Below are positions 9,631 through 18,325 of a stretch of 40,338 bases of DNA, in pieces (position 1 is the stretch's first letter; every line of letters begins with the position of its first letter). Source of the stretch: Deltaproteobacteria bacterium (GTDB taxonomy: Bacteria > Desulfobacterota > Binatia > UBA12015); assembly GCA_046583355.1 (NCBI GenBank), contig JAYGCM010000014.1, positions 1 to 40,338 on the forward strand. The letters run 5' to 3'. A model generated the notes under the pieces. It had not been told where the DNA came from. It made no database searches and saw only the letters and a list, made by a program, of their open reading frames with translations. The position numbers and the translations under genes were made by a program.

Positions 9631-10352
9631 TCCGCCTCCAGGATGTCGGTCTGGATTTCTCCGTAAGCCGCGGCCTGCGTCTACGCGACCGCCTTGCCGA
9701 GTCTCTGGGCCGCCGGGTCGAGCCTGCCCAGGGTGGTCTCGTGCGGGCGCTGGACGGCGTCTCGCTGGAGATCGGCAAGGGCGAGTGCGTCGGTGTGATC
9801 GGATGGAATGGCGCTGGCAAGACGACGCTGCTCAAAACCATGTGTGGCATCTACCAGCCGACCCGTGGCGATGTTCTGGTGGAGGGCGATATCGCCAGCC
9901 TCTTCGAGCTGGCGACCGGATTCGAGATGGAGGCCTCGGGCTATGAGAATATTCTCACCCGCGCGCTACTCCTGGGCATGTCACGCCGCGAGGCGCTGGA
10001 GCGCACGCCGGAGATCGCCGAGTTCACCGAGTTGGGTGCTGCACTTGCACGGCCGGTGAAGACCTATTCCTTCGGGATGTTCCTGCGCCTGGCCTTTGCC
10101 GTCTCGACCTCGATTGCGCCCGACGTTCTGCTGCTCGACGAAATCGTCGCAGCCGGCGACGTCCGCTTCCAGAAAAAGGCACAAAAACGCCTCGATGAGA
10201 TGGTCGACCACGCCTCGCTGCTGGTCGTCGTCAGCCACGATATGGGCACGATCCGCCGCATGTCCAAGCGCTGCCTCTGGGTGGAAAACGGCCGCATCCG
10301 TGCCGACGGTCCCACCGAAACCGTAGTAAAAGCCTACGAAAACCAGCCCTGA
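9627..10352 (+). CDS. wzt: Polysaccharide ABC exporter ATPase (short, no Wzt_C domain)
   Basis: Walker A GWNGAGKT; TYSFGMFLRLAF; LLLDE; VSHD. Confidence 0.9.
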   Translation: MIRLQDVGLDFSVSRGLRLRDRLAESLGRRVEPAQGGLVRALDGVSLEIGKGECVGVIGWNGAGKTTLLKTMCGIYQPTRGDVLVEGDIASLFELATGFEMEASGYENILTRALLLGMSRREALERTPEIAEFTELGAALARPVKTYSFGMFLRLAFAVSTSIAPDVLLLDEIVAAGDVRFQKKAQKRLDEMVDHASLLVVVSHDMGTIRRMSKRCLWVENGRIRADGPTETVVKAYENQP

Positions 10353-10358
10353 ACCCAT

Positions 10359-10436
10359 CCCGGAGAGTTCCTGCTCACTTCCCCTCAGACAACCCCGGAG
10401 GGTTCCTGCTCACTTCCGGCGTGCTCACTTCCGGCG
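10359..10436. repeat. Direct repeats between convergent genes: 24-mer x2 plus tandem 15-mer
   Basis: CCCGGAG(A/G)GTTCCTGCTCACTTCC at 10359-10382 and 10394-10417; TGCTCACTTCCGGCG at 10407-10421 and 10422-10436. Confidence 0.85.
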
Positions 10437-11699
10437 GAGGCGGTTGAGGGCTCGTTCGGTGGCGCGGGCGGGGCCGTAGATGGCGAGGCGATCGCGGAGG
10501 TGGCGCAGGCGGGATGTCGGCAGGCGGACCTCTTGGGCGGGCGTAGCGGGGGCGCGGTGGCTGAGTAAGGGTGCGAGGGCGCGGGCCCATTCGCCGCGTA
10601 GGGCGCGGGCGGAAAAACGCGCCTCGACGTCGCGGCGGGCGGCCGTGGCGATTGTCTGGCAGAGCTCGGGGTTTTCGATCAGCCGAATCAGGGCTTCTTC
10701 CCAGGCCGCGCTCTGGCCCGGCAGCACCAGGCCGGTCTCGCCGTGGCGCACCACCTCGGCGTTGGCTGAGCCGGCGGAATAGAGGCCGGCGATGCCGAGG
10801 GAGCCGTATTCGAGATATTTGTTCCAGTATTTGGCGCGGTGGAACTCGCTCGCGGCAATCGGCGCCAAGCCGATGTCGATTTTGAGTGCAGCCGCGCGCT
10901 CCCGCCAGGCGTGGAAGTCCATTTCGTAGGGCACCCGTGTGGCGCCCAACTCGGCTGCGAAGTTCGGTAGCGCGCCGCAAAAGAGCAGGTCAATGCGATT
11001 GCCGTAGCGCTCGCGCAGCGCGCGCAGGGGCGCGGCCAGCAGTTCTTCGAGAAAGCTCGTGTGGTCGACGCTGCCGAGAAACGCGATGCGCACGGGCGAG
11101 TCGTCGCCGGCGGGCAGGCGAGGCTCGAGTGGTAGGTGCGGAGGTGCGCCGGATGGCGCCTGCGCCGGCACGCGTGGCTGCGGATGTTCCGAGGTTGGCG
11201 GCGGAGTGGTCGCGGGCGTCTCGGGGCGGGGTTGGCGTAGAATGGTGGTGTCGATGGAATGTCGATCGGCCAGGCGCGTGGCGAGCGTCTCGGCCGGTGT
11301 GAAGACCGCATCGGCACGTTGCAGGATCTCGGCCAGGTTCTGGCGCACCAGCGCGGCGGTGAAGAAATAGCCGCTGCGCGCCTCGGCCGGCACGCGCTCC
11401 AGGTCATCGTCCATATAGGTGGCGACAAGGCGCCCGAGTCGTTGTGCCTCAATGAGCAGGCGCAATTCGGCCGGCGACGCGCCACGCACCAGTACCAGGG
11501 AGTCGGCCCAGGCGATATCGGCCGCATCGACCTGCACCGAGGAGCAGGCACGGAACTCACACGCATGCTCGTCCGCGAGTTCCTGAACAATCGCATCGAC
11601 CCCCAGAATGGCCGAGGGAATGCGCGCCTCAGAAAAGACAGCAATCCGGGGCAGGCGGTCGGCAACGCGATTCACCCAGTCTGCATATCTCACCAGCAT
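10425..11699 (-). CDS. GT4-like glycosyltransferase
   Basis: YMDDDL; IDIGLAP...KYWNKYLEYG...VRHGETG GT-B C-terminal motifs; Pro-rich internal insert. Confidence 0.82.
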   Translation of the reverse strand: MLVRYADWVNRVADRLPRIAVFSEARIPSAILGVDAIVQELADEHACEFRACSSVQVDAADIAWADSLVLVRGASPAELRLLIEAQRLGRLVATYMDDDLERVPAEARSGYFFTAALVRQNLAEILQRADAVFTPAETLATRLADRHSIDTTILRQPRPETPATTPPPTSEHPQPRVPAQAPSGAPPHLPLEPRLPAGDDSPVRIAFLGSVDHTSFLEELLAAPLRALRERYGNRIDLLFCGALPNFAAELGATRVPYEMDFHAWRERAAALKIDIGLAPIAASEFHRAKYWNKYLEYGSLGIAGLYSAGSANAEVVRHGETGLVLPGQSAAWEEALIRLIENPELCQTIATAARRDVEARFSARALRGEWARALAPLLSHRAPATPAQEVRLPTSRLRHLRDRLAIYGPARATERALNRLRRK

Positions 11700-11755
11700 C
11701 CTACCGCGAGCGCCGCCTGCATCCGGGCGCCGCTTGCGGCCGCTGGACTGCAGCG

Positions 11756-11838
11756 CTCACTCACTCTCACTCACTCTCACTCACTCTCACTCTCACTCAC
11801 TCACTCACTCTCTCTCTCACTCTCACTCTCTCTCTCTC
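11756..11838. repeat. Mixed (CTCA)/(CT) microsatellite, 83 bp
   Basis: Tract has no G on the + strand and is built from CT and CA dinucleotides; followed by a short (GC)n run. Confidence 0.95.
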
Positions 11839-11927
11839 GCGCGCGCGGAATAGCTATGGTGCGCTCAAGCGGCCGGTGATCTGCTATTTTCCGCGCGGTC
11901 CCGCACCCGAGAAGTCGGGGCAAAAGC

Positions 11928-12329
11928 TCAACCCGAAGGCACGAAATCCGGAGGGATCAAACCGCGACGTCGCCAGCCGATGCGCATCAACCAGCTGCGC
12001 GGTGGCGTCGCGCAGGCGGCTGTATGCGGGCGGTTGACGGGTCCGCTCCAGCCGTCGAAAAATGCAGCCGTCGAATGCGGATCAAGCCAGCGCCGCATCG
12101 CTCGCTCACCGTGCTTGCGAGCGTTCAGCAACATGTAGGCAAGCGCGTTGCGCATCGCACGTGGGGTCTTGAGTACGTGGTGGTGGAAACGATCGGGAAA
12201 AAGAGAACCACGACGCCCGAAAACGCGATTGATGCCACGCGCCAGGCGGACGCTCAGTCCCTGCATGCCTCGGCTGAGGCAGTCGAGATTCTCGGCCTCC
12301 ACAGGAAGGGAGCAATCGCCATGGTGAGT
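11928..12329 (-). pseudogene. N-terminally truncated REP-associated tyrosine transposase (RAYT / IS200-like Y1 HUH family)
   Basis: VEAENLDCLSRGMQGLSVRLARGIN...GSLFPDRFH...ALAYMLLNARKH matches the C-terminal half including the catalytic Tyr; HUH position reads CSLP; in-frame TGA at 12330-12332. Confidence 0.75.
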
Positions 12330-12569
12330 TCAATCGGCCAGAGCCATGTCCTTCGACGAACTTCTCGGCAAGGCAATGGAAGCCGAGGGGCTTGCGCAGG
12401 CGTTGCTTCAGGCGGAGGGCAATCCCGCCTGTTGTCGCGTTCGACCCGGCCGAGAGGTCGGTGCCCCAGGGCCGATGCTGGCGCAGTCGCCGCCTGGTGT
12501 TCTCGTTCGTGCCGCGCTGACCGGTTGAGTCTACAACGGCCATTGCTCGGTCGCGTTCCTTGCCAGCAA

Positions 12570-12628
12570 CCGCAATCGACGCCCTCTGTGCAAAGCCCTG
12601 CTTTTCGGCCGGACCTCCAGGGCTTTGC
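12570..12628 (-). repeat. Dispersed REP-like repeat, copy A (palindromic)
   Basis: 12570-12617 is the reverse complement of 14489-14536 (44/48 identical); arms GCAAAGCCCTG (12590-12600) and CAGGGCTTTGC (12618-12628). Confidence 0.85.
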
Positions 12629-12669
12629 CCGGCAAGCAGGGGCGCGGCTCGTCGGTTAGGTAGCCGCAG

Positions 12670-13452
12670 ATGCGTATTGCTTCCTGGAACGTGAACGGTC
12701 TGCGCGCCTGTGTGCGCAAAGGTTTTTGCAAGGAGATCCGAAAGCTCAAGGCGGACGTGATCGGCCTGCAGGAGACGCGGGTTGAGCTCGCCGATGTGCC
12801 AGAGGAGTTGGGGCGGCTGCGCTCGTTTCCGCATTTCAACCTGCATTCGGCGCGCAGTCGCAAGGGCTATAGCGGTGTTGGCCTGTTGGCGCGTGAGGCG
12901 CCCGAGGCGCTTTCGATTGACCTTGGCGTCGAGGAATACGATATCGAAGGCCGCTTCCAGATGGCGCGGCTGCCGGGGTTGCTGATTGCCAACGCGTATT
13001 TCCCCAACGGCAGTGGCAAGGACCGCGATAATTCGCGGGTGCCCTACAAGCTCGCATTCACCCGACGGGTTTTCGATATCGTGGAGGCGGAGCGCAAAAA
13101 AACCGGCCTACCGGCGCTGATCTTCGGCGACTTCAATACCGCGCCGCAGGCGATCGATCTGGCCCGGCCAGGTCCTAACGAGAAGACCAGCGGCTTTCTT
13201 CCCGAGGAGCGGGCGGCCTTCACGGAGTTGCTCGCGCGCGGCTGGGTCGACACTTTCCGCCACCTGCATCCCGAGAAGGTGCAATATAGCTGGTGGAGCC
13301 AGCGCTTCGGTGTGCGCGCGAAGAATATCGGCTGGCGTATCGACCAGATTCTCGCCTCGGAAGATCTGGTGGCGAAGCTACGCGGCGCCTTCGTCTGGGA
13401 CCAGATTCAGGGCTCCGACCATTGTCCGATCGGCGTCGACCTCGATCTGTAG
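12670..13452 (+). CDS. xth: Exodeoxyribonuclease III
   Basis: SWNVNGLRA, LQET, KGYSGV, YFPNG, GDFN, YSWW, GWRID, SDHCP motifs. Confidence 0.96.
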   Translation: MRIASWNVNGLRACVRKGFCKEIRKLKADVIGLQETRVELADVPEELGRLRSFPHFNLHSARSRKGYSGVGLLAREAPEALSIDLGVEEYDIEGRFQMARLPGLLIANAYFPNGSGKDRDNSRVPYKLAFTRRVFDIVEAERKKTGLPALIFGDFNTAPQAIDLARPGPNEKTSGFLPEERAAFTELLARGWVDTFRHLHPEKVQYSWWSQRFGVRAKNIGWRIDQILASEDLVAKLRGAFVWDQIQGSDHCPIGVDLDL

Positions 13453-13586
13453 ATACCTTTGCCAGGGGCGGCTGCGGGCGGTTCTTGGTCCTGAGTTCAC
13501 AAGACAAGCGTTCATCGAAGCGTGCGTTTTCGGGCTGCGATCGCTAGCCTCCGGGGGTCTTCACGGAATCAACTCAGGAGTTTTGA

Positions 13587-14489
13587 ATGGGCATGCTCGA
13601 AGGAAAATCCATTGCAGTAACCGGCGCCGGCCGTGGTATCGGCCGCTCGGTTGCACTTGCTTGTGCCGCCGCTGGCGCCAGCGTTGTGGTCAACGATTAT
13701 GGCGTCTCGATGGACGGCAGCGAGCCGACCAGCGAGCCCGCCAATGCGGTTGTCGCGGAGATCAAGGCCGCCGGCGGCAACGCGGTTGCCAACCCCAGCT
13801 CGGTGGCCGAGATGGCCGGCGGTGCGAGCATCGTCGAGCAGGCCTGTGACGAATTCGGCTCGATTGACGGCGTCGTTTGCGTCGCCGGCATTCTGCGCGA
13901 GAAAATGCTCTTCAATATGGCCGAAGAGGAATGGGATCCCGTCATTGCGACGCATCTCAAGGGGCATTTCACGCTCTTCCGTGCGGCCTCGGCCGTGATG
14001 CGCAAGCAGAAGAGTGGCTCTTTGGTCGCCTTCACCTCGGGTGCGTTTGCTGGCTCGGTGGCGCAAGCCAACTACGCCGCAGCCAAGGGTGGCATTGTTT
14101 CGCTGACCCGCAGCGCCGCGGCCGGCCTGAACAAATACGGCGTGCGCGCCAATTGCATCGCGCCGACGGCCAAGACGCGCATGAGCGAGAATGTTCCCTT
14201 CGAGATTGAAGATATGGGCACGGCCGACGATATCGCGCCGATGGCCGTCTACCTTCTCTCGGATAAATCCGCGCATGTCACGGGCCAGATCTACTCGGTT
14301 GCCGGCACCAAGATTGCCGTCTGGAATCAACCCGAAGAGGTTCGCTCGGTCTACCGCGAGGGCGGCTGGACGGCCGAGCAAATCGCCGCGCGTCTCGACT
14401 CGACAATCGGCCAGGAGAAGATGGGTCTACTGGAGAAGTTGGCGATGTACGCCAAGGCCGCCGCGACCAAGGCCAAGCTCAACGCATAG
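13587..14489 (+). CDS. SDR-family oxidoreductase
   Basis: TGAGRGIG, YAAAK catalytic motif; AGGAG RBS upstream. Confidence 0.93.
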   Translation: MGMLEGKSIAVTGAGRGIGRSVALACAAAGASVVVNDYGVSMDGSEPTSEPANAVVAEIKAAGGNAVANPSSVAEMAGGASIVEQACDEFGSIDGVVCVAGILREKMLFNMAEEEWDPVIATHLKGHFTLFRAASAVMRKQKSGSLVAFTSGAFAGSVAQANYAAAKGGIVSLTRSAAAGLNKYGVRANCIAPTAKTRMSENVPFEIEDMGTADDIAPMAVYLLSDKSAHVTGQIYSVAGTKIAVWNQPEEVRSVYREGGWTAEQIAARLDSTIGQEKMGLLEKLAMYAKAAATKAKLNA

Positions 14490-14539
14490 AGGTCCGGCCG
14501 AGAAGTAGGGCTTTGCACAGAGGGCGCCGCTTGCGGCCG
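14489..14539 (+). repeat. Dispersed REP-like repeat, copy B
   Basis: Inverted copy of 12570-12617; 14522-14539 is identical to 11725-11742. Confidence 0.85.
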
Positions 14540-14587
14540 GGCCTCTGGGCACGGAACTGCGCCGCCCTTGGGGGCGGCGGGTGAATC

Positions 14588-14621
14588 AGGCGGTCGCATG
14601 GATATGCGGCCGCCTTTTTTA
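14588..14621 (+). terminator. Rho-independent terminator
   Basis: AGGCGGTCGCAT-GGAT-ATGCGGCCGCCT followed by a T tract, between convergent genes. Confidence 0.8.
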
Positions 14622-15413
14622 TTATTGCATGCGCGCGGCAAAGATCCGCTGGCGACGCCCGCCACGGGAGAGCGAGCGGAAGAGAAAGCCGCGGCAGAGC
14701 ATGATCCAGGTGAGGGCGACGCTTGCCAATAGGGTCGCGACGATGGAGGCCGGCGCACCCGTGAGTGGCAGGAATTGGCCGATCGCACCGATCGCAAAAT
14801 CCAAGGCATTGGTCGGACTCAGGCGCGCCATGGCGAGAAAGCCCGTGCGGATATTGATCGCGAAGAAGGGTGCCATCATCACCAGGACCGGCAAAAGCCA
14901 CTCGATGGTATTGGCCTTGACGAATTGCAGGGAGTCTTCGAGCAGGCCCATGCCGTCGCGGTGGCCCTGGTAGATCAACTCGGGGACGGGGTTGAAGACG
15001 AGGAAGATCGCCGTCTTCACAAAGATCACGAACCAGAGAATATCGGGTGTGGATTGCGCGACCATCGAGAGAATGAGGTCGACGATCCAGAAGATGAAGA
15101 ATACCGAAATGATCGAGTTGAAGTAGCGCCCGAAGGTCTGTGCCATGCCGTCAAAGCGCACGCGTTGGTGCGCGACGGCCTCGCCGATGACGGCAAGAAA
15201 CGAACTCAAGCAAGCCGCCATCGCCAGGTATTGCAGCAATCCGCCGATCATTCCCAGGCGCATCGTCAAGGCGGCCGCGAGTCCGAGCACGATGGTATAG
15301 GCCGGCACCAGGCCGACAATCCAAAAATGGCGCGTGAGGCTGGCCGAGCCATCGCGCAGGGCGTCGCGGTACATCTGCCCGGTGATGGTCGCGAGTGTTT
15401 GGAATTCGCTCAT
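14622..15413 (-). CDS. Hypothetical multi-pass membrane protein
   Basis: Several hydrophobic segments; ATG overlaps the acyl-CoA dehydrogenase stop; basic C-terminus. Confidence 0.75.
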   Translation of the reverse strand: MSEFQTLATITGQMYRDALRDGSASLTRHFWIVGLVPAYTIVLGLAAALTMRLGMIGGLLQYLAMAACLSSFLAVIGEAVAHQRVRFDGMAQTFGRYFNSIISVFFIFWIVDLILSMVAQSTPDILWFVIFVKTAIFLVFNPVPELIYQGHRDGMGLLEDSLQFVKANTIEWLLPVLVMMAPFFAINIRTGFLAMARLSPTNALDFAIGAIGQFLPLTGAPASIVATLLASVALTWIMLCRGFLFRSLSRGGRRQRIFAARMQ

Positions 15414-16588
15414 CGGCGCAACGCCTTGGCGAGGTCTCGCATCAGGTTTTTCTGATGCGACTCCAGCGTGCCGCCGCCGATCTCCAGCAGCTTGGCGTCG
15501 CGCAGGAAGCGCTCGATGGGAAACTCCGAGCAATAGCCGACGCCGCCCAAAACCTGCATTGCATCATCGGCGACCGTCTTGCCCACCGGTGCGGCAAAGA
15601 GCTTGGCGGCGTCCGAGGCAATGCGGCTGCGCTTGTCCGGCCCGACTTCGGCAGCGGCGCGGTAGACCAGAGCGCGCGTGGCCTCGGTGCGGGCAAAGGC
15701 CTCGGCGACGTAGCGTTGGATCTGCCCGAACTCGGCAATGGGTTGGCCGAAGGCGTGGCGCTCGAGCGCATAATGGGTCATCTCGGCCAGGCAGCGGTCG
15801 GCGATGCCGAGGCTCATGGCGGCCAGGCAAAGGCGCTCGATTTCCAGGTTGCGCATCATATGCACCAGGCCTTCGCCCTCGCCGCCGACCCGGTTGGCCG
15901 CTGCGACATGGCAATCCTCGAAATGGAGTTCGGCCATCGGCGAGGCGCGCATGCCCATCTTGCGGATCTTCTGTCCCGTGGTGAAGCCGGTCGTGTCGCG
16001 CTCGACCACAAACGAGGTGACCTTGCCGTCGACCTTGGCATAGACAAGAAAGAGTCCGGCGTCGGGGGCATTGGTGATGAAGGTTTTGGTGCCGTTGAGG
16101 ATGTAGTGGTCGCCGCGCCGCACAGCCGTTGTCTGCATGCCCAAAACATCGGTGCCCGCACCTGGCTCGGTCATGCCCATCGCGCCGATCACCTCGCCGG
16201 CAAGAGCGCCGGGCAGGAAGCGAGCGCGCTGCTCGGAGCTGGCGGCGTGACAAAGGTTGTTCACGAAGAGCAGGGCGTGGGCCAGATAGGCCAGGCAGAA
16301 GCCCGGATCACTTTTGGCAATCTCATGGTGCGCGATCACCGCGGCGGTGGCATCGAGCCCGGCGCCGCCGTCGGCCTCGGGCACAGTCAGGCCGTGCAAG
16401 CCAAGCGCACCGGCGCGGCGCATCAGCCCCGCGTTCATCTCGTGTCGTTCGTCGTACTCGGCCGCCTGCGGCTCAACTTCATTGGTGGTGAAATCGGCCA
16501 CCATCTGGCGCAGCAGACGGTGTTCTTCGCTGGGGTCGAGTGGTGCGAGTTGGCCCGGCAAGGGGGCATTCGGTGACTCAATCGGCAT
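15410..16588 (-). CDS. Acyl-CoA dehydrogenase (isovaleryl-CoA dehydrogenase-like)
   Basis: GAMGMTEPGAG, LNGTKTFITN, KMGMRASP, RDAKLLEIGGGT motifs; start chosen at MPIESP. Confidence 0.9.
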   Translation of the reverse strand: MPIESPNAPLPGQLAPLDPSEEHRLLRQMVADFTTNEVEPQAAEYDERHEMNAGLMRRAGALGLHGLTVPEADGGAGLDATAAVIAHHEIAKSDPGFCLAYLAHALLFVNNLCHAASSEQRARFLPGALAGEVIGAMGMTEPGAGTDVLGMQTTAVRRGDHYILNGTKTFITNAPDAGLFLVYAKVDGKVTSFVVERDTTGFTTGQKIRKMGMRASPMAELHFEDCHVAAANRVGGEGEGLVHMMRNLEIERLCLAAMSLGIADRCLAEMTHYALERHAFGQPIAEFGQIQRYVAEAFARTEATRALVYRAAAEVGPDKRSRIASDAAKLFAAPVGKTVADDAMQVLGGVGYCSEFPIERFLRDAKLLEIGGGTLESHQKNLMRDLAKALRR

Positions 16589-16664
16589 CCGCGTATGGTC
16601 GCTTTTTTTCCGCGCCCGCGCCACCACTCGCGCAATCGGGCCGCCCCCATAGTAGGGGTGGGGC

Positions 16665-16940
16665 ATGGATTGGCAGAAAATCGACCTTCCCGACGCAGTG
16701 GCCGAGGCCGGCCGGATCATCGAAGAGGCCGAGATCGTGCTGGATTTCGGCGCCGATATCCGCGGCTGGATGCGCTTCTCGGTTTTCCAGGACCTACGCG
16801 CCGGCGGCTATTTCGCCCGCGCCCAAGACCTGGAAGACCCCCGCGTCAAAGCCATCGCCACCGCCGACACCCCCGAGGCCGCCTTCTCCGCCTGCCTCCG
16901 CGAAGCCGGAGTCTCCCTCCGCCGCGCCCGCGGCAAATAA
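16665..16940 (+). CDS. Small hypothetical protein (91 aa)
   Basis: ATG after a purine-rich RBS-like stretch, fills the intergenic gap, natural amino-acid composition. Confidence 0.7.
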   Translation: MDWQKIDLPDAVAEAGRIIEEAEIVLDFGADIRGWMRFSVFQDLRAGGYFARAQDLEDPRVKAIATADTPEAAFSACLREAGVSLRRARGK

Positions 16941-16993
16941 CGTCCCCTTCAGGGGACGTGTACCGGATTTCGTCCCCTTGGCCGGTGGGGGAC
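16940..16993. repeat. Paired GTCCCC/GGGGAC palindromes (REP-like or terminator)
   Basis: ACGTCCCC-TTCA-GGGGACGT at 16940-16959; second GTCCCC...GGGGAC at 16972-16993; CGTCCCCTT at 16941 and 16971. Confidence 0.65.
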
Positions 16994-17018
16994 TTTCTCT
17001 GGGTGGGGATGCGGGGCT

Positions 17019-18119
17019 TTATTCGAGGGTATCGGTCCAGTCGGGGCTGTTGTTGAGGAAGGCCTCGGTCCAGTCCCGGACGGTCATGCCGTCGATTTCC
17101 TGGGTGTAGAAACTTCCACTGAGAAGTACGGTATGGCCGCTGCCGCGGGGGAAGTAGCGTTGAAAACGGCCACCTCCGCGCTGCTGAATATCGTTGGTGG
17201 TGGTGACCAGCAGGTCGCGGTAATCATCGCCTGAGAGGCCGAGGAAGAAGCTGATCACGGCGTCGTTCTGGTAGGAGTAAAGGGCAGTGCGGAGATCCTT
17301 GTCGCGCTCCATGGCCCAGAGACTGATGTACGAGAGCTGCGTGTCGCATTCGGTACAGCTCGTCGGGATCAGGCGCCGGAAGTCCCAGTTCTCGAAGCGG
17401 GCGCTGATATCCTCTGCGGCCTCGGGGTTTTGCAGGCCCGGGCCGGAATCATTGAAGCGCAGGATCGGCGTGGAGGGGAAGGCGACGCGGCTCACGCCGT
17501 AGCCCGAATAGGTGCCGTAGCCGCCCGCGCTGGAGCCGGCGACGACGATGCGCGAGGGGTTGGGGAAATTCGCCAGCATGGCGTCGACACCCACCGTGAG
17601 GTTGCGCAGCCCGTGATGAAAGGTCCGCTCGCCGCCATAGTTGACGGTGCGATCGCCGATGAAAACCGAGCCGTCGCAATAGGGCACGTAGACGATATCG
17701 AAATCCTGGAAGGGATTATCGTCGCGCGTGAGGTCGATGATGCCGCTCGATACCGGTCCGTTCGAGGTCGTGAAGGCCAGGCCGATCTCGTAGCAAGTTG
17801 CATAATCCCAGCAGGCGCCGCCGCCCTGGAGATAGAGCAGGACATCGTCAGAGGGGCCCTCACGGTAGCTGATCTGGAAGGGCTCGCCCGAGAGGCAGAC
17901 CGCGCCTTCCTCAGTGGGGTCGAAGAAATGATGCGTCCATTCCCCATCGACTTCGATGCGGCTGGGCGCCTGGGTGCCGAGGTAGGCGCCGTAGCCCAAC
18001 TCGGTGAGTTCCTGCACGACGGGGTATTCGGAGGTGCTGCTGCTGCCGCTACAGGCCGCGAGCGCGAGTGACGAGACGGCAGCGATTGCCACCAACGAAG
18101 CCGATTTCCTGATCTTCAT
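17019..18119 (-). CDS. Pectinacetylesterase-family lipoprotein
   Basis: Lipobox LAAC; LQGGGACW, VYVPYCDG, GSSAGG nucleophile motif. Confidence 0.88.
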   Translation of the reverse strand: MKIRKSASLVAIAAVSSLALAACSGSSSTSEYPVVQELTELGYGAYLGTQAPSRIEVDGEWTHHFFDPTEEGAVCLSGEPFQISYREGPSDDVLLYLQGGGACWDYATCYEIGLAFTTSNGPVSSGIIDLTRDDNPFQDFDIVYVPYCDGSVFIGDRTVNYGGERTFHHGLRNLTVGVDAMLANFPNPSRIVVAGSSAGGYGTYSGYGVSRVAFPSTPILRFNDSGPGLQNPEAAEDISARFENWDFRRLIPTSCTECDTQLSYISLWAMERDKDLRTALYSYQNDAVISFFLGLSGDDYRDLLVTTTNDIQQRGGGRFQRYFPRGSGHTVLLSGSFYTQEIDGMTVRDWTEAFLNNSPDWTDTLE

Positions 18120-18165
18120 GTGAATCCTTCTCTTTGTTGCGGAACTTCATCCCGTATAGCCGGGG

Positions 18166-18191
18166 CCGATAGGGTTGAGTAGCCCTATCGG
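18166..18191. promoter_or_regulatory. Palindromic candidate operator in a divergent intergenic region
   Basis: CCGATAGGG-N8-CCCTATCGG, perfect 9-bp arms. Confidence 0.45.
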
Positions 18192-18325
18192 TGAAAGCGG
18201 TGCATGGGAGACTCAATGGTCGCGGCGCGGTTTGTTGCGCAGGGCGGTGGCGGGATAGGAAAGATCCAGAACCGGCTGTCGCGCATGATGCCCGGCCGGC
18301 GCTGGGTGGGCAAGGAGCAAGGCAG

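Noticed and set aside
10359..10436. Possible mini CRISPR array
   Set aside because: Only two 24-bp copies separated by 11 bp, and no cas genes in the window.
11259..11879. ORF with an SLSLTHS low-complexity tail
   Set aside because: It is antisense to the GT4 and simply translates the microsatellite.
5681..12330. Genomic island integrated at tRNA-Val
   Set aside because: No integrase and no duplicated tRNA 3' end seen; composition looks similar to the flanks.
12346..12528. 60-aa ORF between the RAYT remnant and xth
   Set aside because: No RBS or recognisable motif; it lies in decayed, repeat-rich DNA.
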